DNA of 64,000 bases. Source: a virus. Taxonomy: Duplodnaviria > Caudoviricetes. The notes under the pieces were generated by a model. That model did no database searches. It had not been told where the DNA came from and worked only from the letters and a program-made list of their open reading frames with translations. Each line of letters opens with the position of its first letter. The stretch's first letter is position 1. Location: IMG/VR virus record IMGVR_UViG_3300046786_000226, positions 10,822 through 74,821 of that record, one strand, 5' to 3'. Of the stretch, positions 44,669-52,410 are shown in pieces. The position numbers were made by a program, and so were the translations under genes.

Positions 44669-45184
44669 TTACTTAATTGGCCAATGCTTATTGAATTTCT
44701 CGAAATAGAACATCAATTCTTTTTCATTGTCATCGTAGTATTCACTTACATAGTCTGACTTTACTCTAGAGTTAACATTTTCGCACATAGCTACCAATGT
44801 AATATCTTCTCTTTTGTATTCGAATTCACGAATCAATGAGTCTAGTATCCATTCCCAATTACCGCCTCTAATGATACCAGCTTCGACACATATTACTTTT
44901 TTATATTGTTTAATTTCCATGTACAATGAACGAAATTTATCTTTGTAGGATTTGTAATCTTCGTCTGGGTAAGGAACTTCCACAGTTAACAAAGGCAGCA
45001 TATCACCATGCCTGGACCATGAATGAGCTAAGTGCATACTAACCGTCGCAGAATAATCAGGCGACACCATTAATACAACTGTAGTTTTTGGATCAAAATC
45101 CGACGAATCTACCAAAGTTTCCAATCTTTGTATCAATTCCCATTCTTTTTCCCTGGTAATAAAATGTAAAGGTCTGCGATTCAT
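44669..45184 (-). CDS. phosphoribosyltransferase-like protein
   Basis: VICVEAGIIRGG resembles a variant PRPP-binding loop. Confidence 0.5.
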   Translation of the reverse strand: MNRRPLHFITREKEWELIQRLETLVDSSDFDPKTTVVLMVSPDYSATVSMHLAHSWSRHGDMLPLLTVEVPYPDEDYKSYKDKFRSLYMEIKQYKKVICVEAGIIRGGNWEWILDSLIREFEYKREDITLVAMCENVNSRVKSDYVSEYYDDNEKELMFYFEKFNKHWPIK

Positions 45185-45190
45185 AATGTC

Positions 45191-45916
45191 TTATTTAGTT
45201 TGTGCTATTCTATCCAGGATTATTTTAGCAAAATTCATATTGGATTTTTCTCCTGCATGGCCTAAATCCCTGGCATGGTCAATTATAGAAATTTCATCGC
45301 TGTGAGCATATATGAATTTAATATTGAGATGATTACATATCATTTCAATGGCTAACTTATGTTTCAAAGAATGCAATACAACGTTTTCATGTAGAGATAA
45401 CCAATGTTCGTAAAAACTTCTAAAAGAAGGCTCTCGATATTGATCCGGTTGTATAGTAGCCCAAAAATCATAGATCCTGCGCTTGGCACTATATAAAGCC
45501 ATTCTACCCGGTGGCGGTTCTAGTAATACAACTATTTTAGGTTTTACTTGCGGTATATAATGATTAGCCAATCTGAATGCAGTGTCAGGTCCGCATCCCG
45601 GCATGCCTAAATTAAAATTCTTCAGATCCAATGTTTTTGCAACGTTATATGCCCATGTACTTTCATAGGGCAAGCCAATGCCAGCAGTATGACTACATCC
45701 AAAAAACATTATATTGTCGTCATGACTAAACTCTTCTGAACGAAATCCATAGCCATTAAATTTGTATGTAAATTGTCTACCTACCCAGTTATTTTGGCTC
45801 ATTTGATCATAATTATTTTCAATATTATACAAGTAAAGTTCTTCGGTGTCATTGGGTAGCCATGATAGTTCTTTATCTATATTATGAATGTTTTGATGAT
45901 GTATTGTATTAAACAT
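45191..45916 (-). CDS. SGNH/GDSL-like hypothetical protein
   Basis: FNGYGFRSEEF, FFGCSHTAG, NLGMPGCG, DLGHAG. Confidence 0.55.
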   Translation of the reverse strand: MFNTIHHQNIHNIDKELSWLPNDTEELYLYNIENNYDQMSQNNWVGRQFTYKFNGYGFRSEEFSHDDNIMFFGCSHTAGIGLPYESTWAYNVAKTLDLKNFNLGMPGCGPDTAFRLANHYIPQVKPKIVVLLEPPPGRMALYSAKRRIYDFWATIQPDQYREPSFRSFYEHWLSLHENVVLHSLKHKLAIEMICNHLNIKFIYAHSDEISIIDHARDLGHAGEKSNMNFAKIILDRIAQTK

Positions 45917-45922
45917 ATACTT

Positions 45923-45930
45923 TATTTATA
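45923..45930 (-). promoter_or_regulatory. TATAAATA T4-late consensus
   Basis: TATAAATA-AAGTAT-ATG. Confidence 0.6.
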
Positions 45931-45935
45931 GTCAT

Positions 45936-45961
45936 AAAAAAAGCACCTTGCGGTGCTTTTA
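45936..45961 (-). terminator. rho-independent terminator after the phasin-like gene
   Basis: AAAAGCACC-GCAA-GGTGCTTTTTTT. Confidence 0.85.
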
Positions 45962-45973
45962 AAATAATTTAAA

Positions 45974-46246
45974 TTATTTTTTAGTTGTAGCTGTATAAGC
46001 TTTCATAATGCCTTCACCAAATTTAACATAGTCAAATTTCATAGCATTTTGAACTGCTTTAGTTGTTTCACTGGCCAATGTTGTAGCTGTATCCATACCG
46101 ACTTTAGCGGCTTTTTTAGTGTATTCGGCTTGTGCATCAATGAATGTGTTCATTGCTTCTGCCACTGTTTCGTTTTGAACAAAGGTCTTAACGAAAGTTT
46201 TCTTTGCACCTTGAATGGTGTCGATTGATTGATCTACTGTAAACAT
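45974..46246 (-). CDS. phasin-like amphipathic helical protein (tentative)
   Basis: 90 aa, Ala/Thr/Lys-rich helical; AAGGAG RBS; monocistronic with its own terminator; PhaR-like box upstream. Confidence 0.45.
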   Translation of the reverse strand: MFTVDQSIDTIQGAKKTFVKTFVQNETVAEAMNTFIDAQAEYTKKAAKVGMDTATTLASETTKAVQNAMKFDYVKFGEGIMKAYTATTKK

Positions 46247-46320
46247 AATTTTCTCCTTAATGTAAGCAAGTAATAAAATAGCTCTATCTTAGACGCTATA
46301 AGTTTATTATAACATTATTT

Positions 46321-46337
46321 ATGTTGCGACGCAACAT
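46321..46337. promoter_or_regulatory. perfect palindromic operator, PhaR-like
   Basis: ATGTTGCG-A-CGCAACAT, 75 bp upstream of the 46246 ATG. Confidence 0.6.
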
Positions 46338-46371
46338 TTTTCAGTGATTATTTTAGTGAATGGTCACTAAT

Positions 46372-46764
46372 TTAACTGTGTAATGTTACCAAAATATCTT
46401 TGATTGATTCTTTGGGCAATTCATTGACATCGCCTTTAATTGTTGTACAAATTTTGTTAAACCAAATTCGTGCTTCAGTAGCAGGATCTCTAGTATCATC
46501 GTAGTAAACATCAACAAAGAAATCGCTGTCTTTGATAGCATTAAATCTATTTGAGTATTTTTCAAATGCTGATATTTTTACGCTGTCGCTGACAGGGACT
46601 TGATTATAAACCTTTAACAATGCAATAATGGCAGTGGCTTTATCTACAACTTTGCCATTCCAAGCAAATACATCATCAAACACATGAGCAGGTTTGCCGC
46701 TGAGTGTGCTGATTAGTGCCGCTTGGCCCAGCTCAGTATCCAAGAGTTGTTGCGTCAAATTCAT
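46372..46764 (-). CDS. hypothetical protein
   Basis: Start moved to MNLTQQ (GAGG RBS). Confidence 0.6.
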   Translation of the reverse strand: MNLTQQLLDTELGQAALISTLSGKPAHVFDDVFAWNGKVVDKATAIIALLKVYNQVPVSDSVKISAFEKYSNRFNAIKDSDFFVDVYYDDTRDPATEARIWFNKICTTIKGDVNELPKESIKDILVTLHS

Positions 46765-47350
46765 AGTTGATTTCCTCATTGTTGATAATGTCTAAAAATT
46801 CACTGTTGGGCATAACATAACCATAGCCCACATATTTGGCATAACGTGCCAGGAATCCACGACGGTCCAATTTGTTTACTTTAAGTACATTGTTTCTAGC
46901 ATCTTCGATACCAGGACCTGACAAATTTAAATCTTTGTCCACAGCAATTTGACAGCAAGTAAAGTCAAAGTTAGCAAACACATCGTCTAATGTTTCATAG
47001 TATGCTCTGCGAATTAATTGTACTTTGTAATCACCTACTGTATACGTTCGAGCATTGTCACTGCTAAATGTTTCATAGATATGATTACCAAATGTGTTGT
47101 CCAATCTAATCAAGCATTGTTCGTAGCTTTTGGCATTATTGAACCATATATCAATGTCAGCAAATGATTGACAAGTAGGGTCAATGGCAAGCTGTCTGCC
47201 CATGCCTCCGGCGATCCAGGGACCTTGTTCCTGTGTGCTGTCTAAGTAGATTGTATCTACAATGTTTTTTAATGTGGGTGCTGTGTAGTTACGTGCTTTA
47301 TAGTCAGAGCTAGTAATACTGCCAAATAATTCAGTTAGGTTTGTGTACAT
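46733..47350 (-). CDS. Pol-beta-type nucleotidyltransferase (CCA/poly(A) polymerase head-like)
   Basis: WIAGG, ADIDIWF, VQLI, FDFTCCQIA. Confidence 0.65.
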   Translation of the reverse strand: MYTNLTELFGSITSSDYKARNYTAPTLKNIVDTIYLDSTQEQGPWIAGGMGRQLAIDPTCQSFADIDIWFNNAKSYEQCLIRLDNTFGNHIYETFSSDNARTYTVGDYKVQLIRRAYYETLDDVFANFDFTCCQIAVDKDLNLSGPGIEDARNNVLKVNKLDRRGFLARYAKYVGYGYVMPNSEFLDIINNEEINYEFDATTLGY

Positions 47351-47356
47351 TTTTAA

Positions 47357-48073
47357 TCAACTTATAAAATTTAATATCTTTTCAGTAGTTGCGCGATGTG
47401 AAAGTATTCCTGGATGCGATAAATCTCTTGCCAAATCATTTTCTATAAAACAAAAATCAGATTCTATGTTAAAATTTAAAAATTTAATACCCTGTGTATT
47501 ACACAAATGTTTAATTGCTAGTTGATTCTTTAATTGATTCAATCTGGCATTTTCTTCATGCATGATCCATTTTAAATAAAAAGAATTAGTCATCGCATAA
47601 TTCTGAACTGTGTTGTTTACTCTGAAATGAATACTACTTCCTTCTGGCTCAGCTGTTGTTATTTCTAGTCTTGACTTATCCGGAGACATTAATAGCACTA
47701 TATCAGGTTTAATTCTCGAAAGCCATGTTTCTGCTAATCTAAATGCGGTGTCATTGGAAGATCCCGACAATGCTAAATTACAACAATTATAGCCTAATGC
47801 CCTGGATACTTGCGTGGGAAATATATCTTCATTTCTTAGTGCCGTACCAAAAGTTATACTACATCCTAAAAATAAGATGTTTTTACTTTCTTTGAATTCC
47901 TCGCATCTAAAACCGTGACTGTTAAACTTGTATTTGATAGTTTTATCTATCCATCCAGCACTATGTAATTCTTCAAATCGATGTTCTAAGTTATGGCGGT
48001 AAAGATCCTGTGTATCTCCCAAATGCCATTCTGTTTCTGTACTGCGAAATTGTAAATTGTCAATTACTAACAT
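47357..48073 (-). CDS. SGNH/GDSL-like hypothetical protein (paralog of 45191)
   Basis: FNSHGFRCEEF, FLGCSITFG, NLALSGSSND, DLSHPG. Confidence 0.55.
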   Translation of the reverse strand: MLVIDNLQFRSTETEWHLGDTQDLYRHNLEHRFEELHSAGWIDKTIKYKFNSHGFRCEEFKESKNILFLGCSITFGTALRNEDIFPTQVSRALGYNCCNLALSGSSNDTAFRLAETWLSRIKPDIVLLMSPDKSRLEITTAEPEGSSIHFRVNNTVQNYAMTNSFYLKWIMHEENARLNQLKNQLAIKHLCNTQGIKFLNFNIESDFCFIENDLARDLSHPGILSHRATTEKILNFIS

Positions 48074-48203
48074 TGCGATTAATCAATTTGAAAAGTTTAA
48101 CATAATAAGCAAACTGAATTGGATGATGTTCAAAGTTTGGCAACATATCGCCAAACTCTGCTTCCATTGCGGCATATAATGCTAATGCTTGCTCGTCGGT
48201 CAT
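48060..48203 (-). CDS. small hypothetical protein, missed by the ORF track
   Basis: Manual translation MTDEQALALYAAMEAEFGDMLPNFEHHPIQFAYYVKLFKLINRNVSN (47 aa); fills the gap and overlaps both neighbours. Confidence 0.6.
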   Translation of the reverse strand: MTDEQALALYAAMEAEFGDMLPNFEHHPIQFAYYVKLFKLINRNVSN

Positions 48204-49504
48204 TTAACTTTTAACTTAGCTTCGACATTGAATTTAGACATTGCTTCTGTGGCCAATTCAAAATCACTTTCTTTTACATAAAGAATTGGATTTTTTAATC
48301 CGTCAATAACTTCAAACTTTATCTCACTGAGAGGAATTCCGCTACGTTCTGTAAATAATTTTTGAAAATCCCCGAGTTCGTATAGTACATGAGCCATTCT
48401 TATTTTAAGAATTAATTTCCCAGTTAATTTAAATCTAGTACCGTTGTCCAGTAATTCAATAGTATCTTCGGTGACTATATTGTTTCTAAATGATCCTGGT
48501 AATTCATTAAAAACATTATCATCGACGGCAGAGAACATTAACTGGTCAGTGCCTTCTTTCTTTTTAAGTTTGACGAATTCATTGATCCATTTAAAGCTAG
48601 TGTCTGTTAGTGTGTGTCTAATAGCCAATGGTGGAGGACATCTGGCAGTGCCAAAACAATCTACAATGTTTTCAATTTCTGATCTACTGGTCACATACTC
48701 GACACATTCAGAGTTAAAATTATAACCTCCCGAAGTTAACATTCTAAGTTTCTTAGGTAACTCACAGCCAAAATTCATCATTTGTTTATCAATGTGAATA
48801 TGTGTTGCTTTATGATATTCAGAGGGCCAGTCAGCAGGGAATGGACATATCGAAATATTTTTAACTTTAAAAAATGCAGGATAGATTGACAATGTGCCCA
48901 CTCCGATATGGCTAAAAGGTCTCATCATGACTACATAGTCATCTTCAATGAAGTAGTTTTTCATTGCAGCGGCGATGCTACTGCCTTCTATTTTTTCTGT
49001 GGTATATAACAATGTAATGTCATTGGCTTCGATGATACCAACAATATTAACTTTCTTATTCTTAGAATAATCAAATACCAAATCATCACATTTGTAATAT
49101 GAAAACGCAGAGATTTCCATGTTCTTAGTATCAGTTAATGTGATACAAGTAGGATCATTTGACAAAATACTGTCTAACTTTGCTACGCCATCTTCGTTGG
49201 GAACCCCAGTAAAGAATAAATGAGAATACAAATGTTTGTAATCATCGAAGTTAAATGTGCCATTGTGATAAACCATTGTGTATTCTTTGCCGCTTTTGTG
49301 CAATGCCAGCATAAATGCCACTGACAACAAAGATAAGTTACCAAATCCAACAGCAATTTTTTCATATTTAGAATACATGATCAAGTCTAAATAATAAGCC
49401 ACAGCACGGCCAATATCTTCCTTGGAATAATCTTTATATTCCGAATAAACTAATGATTTTGTTCGAACATTAATGTCGTCACGAATAGCAAATCTAAAAT
49501 TCAT
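48200..49504 (-). CDS. degenerate ANL (adenylate-forming/AMP-binding)-like protein
   Basis: PFSHIGVG, MLTSGG, DCFGTA, TEDTIE..F.LTGK weakly match ANL motifs. Confidence 0.4.
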   Translation of the reverse strand: MNFRFAIRDDINVRTKSLVYSEYKDYSKEDIGRAVAYYLDLIMYSKYEKIAVGFGNLSLLSVAFMLALHKSGKEYTMVYHNGTFNFDDYKHLYSHLFFTGVPNEDGVAKLDSILSNDPTCITLTDTKNMEISAFSYYKCDDLVFDYSKNKKVNIVGIIEANDITLLYTTEKIEGSSIAAAMKNYFIEDDYVVMMRPFSHIGVGTLSIYPAFFKVKNISICPFPADWPSEYHKATHIHIDKQMMNFGCELPKKLRMLTSGGYNFNSECVEYVTSRSEIENIVDCFGTARCPPPLAIRHTLTDTSFKWINEFVKLKKKEGTDQLMFSAVDDNVFNELPGSFRNNIVTEDTIELLDNGTRFKLTGKLILKIRMAHVLYELGDFQKLFTERSGIPLSEIKFEVIDGLKNPILYVKESDFELATEAMSKFNVEAKLKVK

Positions 49505-49505
49505 T

Positions 49506-50516
49506 TTACAATAATTCTTTTAACTTAAAGCTAGCAAGGTTCTTACCTTTGCTTTCGCACATAATGTCTGCCCAAGAACTGTGCGTTATAGCCCACGTAT
49601 TTACTGCATCATTCCAGTAGAAGTCACTGTGTGCTCTGAGCTTGCCTCGCTTATGGCCCGTTTCCATTAGCGTACTAAGAGTGGGACGCTGTGATCCGGA
49701 ATGTCCGACAAGTACGTCTTCACGGCTGACGGAGTAGTGTATAACAGGACGAGTACCACGCCAGCTATCAACAATCTTTTTAATGCGTTCATCAGTGTTT
49801 TCAATATATTCTCCAGTTTTAATCCAATGGTGATGGATATCAAGTACTAGAGCACAAGTATCCACTAATTCTAAACTACTTTCAATACCCCAAGAAATTT
49901 CATCATTCTCGATGGTAATCATGTTTCGTGCTTCGGGACTGAGACGTTTCATTACATCTTTAATGCCCTGTGGACCACGACGTCCTGCGATATGTACATT
50001 AATCTTAAAGTCTTGGAATGTCTTACCATAGCCCATGTAACGAGCCATGTCAACGTGATATTCAAATTCTTCTATACTGCGATCAACAATGCTAGGAGTT
50101 TCGCTAGCAAGGACACAAAACTGGCCAGGATGAAAACTAAGGCGTACACCACGAGCCCTAGCAACATCGCCAATACTAGAAAAAACTCTACTACAATACT
50201 CCACAACATCTGGCCTACGCCAGAAGTAACTCCAGCTGGGTTCTGTATAAGCAGGTAGCAGATCACTGCTAATACGCACCATCCTAAGACTTTCATCGAG
50301 TTCACCTACTCTTTCAATGAGTTTACGTGTAGCTTCTAAGTTTTGAACCATCAGGTCCCATAGCTTTTGTTCGGCTACATCCTTAGTTTGGCGTTTAAGC
50401 CAAGTAATAGTGGTCGTGCCTGTGTTGTACTGCTTACAGTCGTCTTTGGGTTTGATACCATCAACCTGATGTGGATGGTCAATCCACTTACAAGCAAAAC
50501 CAATTTTCTTTGTCAT
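49506..50516 (-). CDS. uvsE: UV-damage endonuclease (UvsE/UvdE)
   Basis: IGFACK, RISSDLLP, RLSFHPGQF, INVHIAG, TIENDE, LDIHHHW, HYS, AHSD, MCESKGK. Confidence 0.92.
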   Translation of the reverse strand: MTKKIGFACKWIDHPHQVDGIKPKDDCKQYNTGTTTITWLKRQTKDVAEQKLWDLMVQNLEATRKLIERVGELDESLRMVRISSDLLPAYTEPSWSYFWRRPDVVEYCSRVFSSIGDVARARGVRLSFHPGQFCVLASETPSIVDRSIEEFEYHVDMARYMGYGKTFQDFKINVHIAGRRGPQGIKDVMKRLSPEARNMITIENDEISWGIESSLELVDTCALVLDIHHHWIKTGEYIENTDERIKKIVDSWRGTRPVIHYSVSREDVLVGHSGSQRPTLSTLMETGHKRGKLRAHSDFYWNDAVNTWAITHSSWADIMCESKGKNLASFKLKELL

Positions 50517-51010
50517 ACGTTACCAAGTAAGTTAAACATAAAGATTTCTTCTTTTGGAATAATGTACACATTCCAACCTTCACGTCTATAATTTTTATAT
50601 GCTGGCACACTTCCGCCCAATGCTCTAATTGTAATATCTTTTTTCTTAATAGCAGGTACCAGTGTCAGTGTCGTTTCATTTAATTTTAACACCTTAAAGG
50701 GAAAAGGTCTATTATTTTGGACAGCCAAAACAAAGTCACCTTGGTTAATTTGTTTACCCATCATATCCCTGTGATGCTTGTTGGGTTCAACACTAACTAC
50801 ATCTTTGGTTACACGCTTTTTGGGTTTTGGTTTCGAAGGCGGCATGGGCAAACTAGCACCTCCACCAGTTAAGTATCCAAAAGTTTGTGCTTGAGCTCTT
50901 CCACCTGGGCCCTTGGGTCCCTTTTTTGGTTTCGAAACAGGTGTTCCGATATAAGCACTGAATGGGCTAGCGGCTGTTCGCTGTGCCTGTGTCATTGGTC
51001 TCATAGCCAT
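50513..51010 (-). CDS. hypothetical protein, basic low-complexity N-terminus
   Basis: 165 aa ORF under a sigma70 promoter. Confidence 0.65.
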   Translation of the reverse strand: MAMRPMTQAQRTAASPFSAYIGTPVSKPKKGPKGPGGRAQAQTFGYLTGGGASLPMPPSKPKPKKRVTKDVVSVEPNKHHRDMMGKQINQGDFVLAVQNNRPFPFKVLKLNETTLTLVPAIKKKDITIRALGGSVPAYKNYRREGWNVYIIPKEEIFMFNLLGNV

Positions 51011-51038
51011 AATAATCCTAATAAGTTAATATACTAGA

Positions 51039-51067
51039 ATTATACACTATACATTAATATATGTCAA
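51039..51067 (-). promoter_or_regulatory. consensus sigma70 promoter
   Basis: TTGACA-N17-TATAAT. Confidence 0.85.
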
Positions 51068-51432
51068 TGCTTAGATTTGTAAATAATCCAACGCCCATAA
51101 CAATATTCGGTTTTTTCACAGTAAACACGCCAATTTAATTTGGATATTAATTTCCCAGGATCTTCATAGGTAAAGTCTACAGTAACCAATTTATCTGCGG
51201 GTAACTTGTTTCTAAACTTGGCTTCCAAAATCATGCTAACACTATGAGTATAACCTTCATGTAAGTTATCTCTGGTCATTATATCATTTAAGATTTTTGG
51301 TAAACAGCTAATAATTAATCCGCCTTGTACCATTAAGTCGACACTATGTACAGGGCCGGAGTCTCCAGTGATTTTACCGAATTCAATGACTTGTTCTTTA
51401 GAAAATTGTAGTTGTGTTGACAGTACACGCAT
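51064..51432 (-). CDS. MaoC/hotdog-fold protein
   Basis: FSKEQVIEFGKITGDSGPVH, VQGGL, KFRNKL. Confidence 0.65.
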   Translation of the reverse strand: MRVLSTQLQFSKEQVIEFGKITGDSGPVHSVDLMVQGGLIISCLPKILNDIMTRDNLHEGYTHSVSMILEAKFRNKLPADKLVTVDFTYEDPGKLISKLNWRVYCEKTEYCYGRWIIYKSKH

Positions 51433-51438
51433 ACATAT

Positions 51439-51467
51439 ATTATATGCTATACAATTAAAAATGTCAA
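51439..51467 (-). promoter_or_regulatory. consensus sigma70 promoter, 6 nt from ATG (leaderless)
   Basis: TTGACA-N17-TATAAT-N6-ATG. Confidence 0.85.
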
Positions 51468-51805
51468 ACTAATTTGTTGCTTAATTGTTCCATAACAGCA
51501 CGATTTAGATATTGCTGTTCTTCTACTATGCTCATGCTACTTTCACATTCAAAATCATCATTGGGAAATAACTCTTCTAAACTGTAAAGTATATCGTCAC
51601 CTTCATCGCCCGAAATATCTTTGGATAAACGCACATCATAACAATGTGCGTTTTCGTCTTCATGATAAACCATTACTACGTCATTGTCGTCTGCGTGGGC
51701 AGGTGAAACGTCATTAACAGCAAAGAGGAAATCTCGCGCCTCTTCACTGCTAATTGTTCTAGGCATGCGTAGCCTAAAGTAATGTTCGAACTCGTCTGTT
51801 ATCAT
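51464..51805 (-). CDS. hypothetical acidic protein
   Basis: 113 aa ORF. Confidence 0.65.
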   Translation of the reverse strand: MITDEFEHYFRLRMPRTISSEEARDFLFAVNDVSPAHADDNDVVMVYHEDENAHCYDVRLSKDISGDEGDDILYSLEELFPNDDFECESSMSIVEEQQYLNRAVMEQLSNKLV

Positions 51806-51813
51806 ACAGTTAC

Positions 51814-52398
51814 TTAGTTGGCTTTACCTTCAACTTTTTCTTTTGTACGACCATATGCGGCAATACCAAGAACAGCACCCATAGCAATATGATATAAACC
51901 AGCACCTTGTAGTGTTAATGGTTGCCATTGACTAGTCACGTTGCCTTTTGTAAGGGCTTGTAATAAACTCCATAAAATTGGGAATAACACAAAGTCCATG
52001 GTACATGTTAACATGTAAACCCAACCCATAACTGGACGCCATTTTTTGTTAATCCAATCTGTGGCATCTTTGTCTAAGGCTACTGTGCTTTCTCCACCTT
52101 GATGCATTGCGCCTGCAGCTTGACCGCTAGTGTTATTAACTGGTGCACTGGCAAAATTACTTGGGGCGGATGGTGCACCAAATCCACCGGTGCTCTGGCC
52201 ACCGAATCCGCTTGCTGATGGGCTACTAAAACCTCCAGAACTCGGACTACCAAATCCTGAACTTGCTGGAGCTGTTGCGGCAGCGGCACCGAAGCCTCCG
52301 CCGAATCCACCAGTGCTTCCTGGAGGTGGAGTTTTGCTTTGTGCAATCTGTGGTAAATTACCTGGATCAACGAAATCGTCTTCATCTAACTTTGGCAT
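51814..52398 (-). CDS. holin-like membrane protein (GTA 3TM holin-like) with a Gly/Phe-repeat N-terminus
   Basis: WINKKWRPVMGW...DFVLFP...HIAMGAVLGIAAYGRTKEK; repeated GGFG/SGFG. Confidence 0.6.
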   Translation of the reverse strand: MPKLDEDDFVDPGNLPQIAQSKTPPPGSTGGFGGGFGAAAATAPASSGFGSPSSGGFSSPSASGFGGQSTGGFGAPSAPSNFASAPVNNTSGQAAGAMHQGGESTVALDKDATDWINKKWRPVMGWVYMLTCTMDFVLFPILWSLLQALTKGNVTSQWQPLTLQGAGLYHIAMGAVLGIAAYGRTKEKVEGKAN

Positions 52399-52410
52399 TT
52401 TAATTTTCCT

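Noticed and set aside
35310-45184. NAD-reconstitution (NARP) anti-defence pathway from the HxGH transferase plus the PRTase-like gene
   Set aside because: No recognisable Nampt or PRPP-synthetase-like Adps, and the genes are not adjacent; left only as a hypothesis for the transferase.
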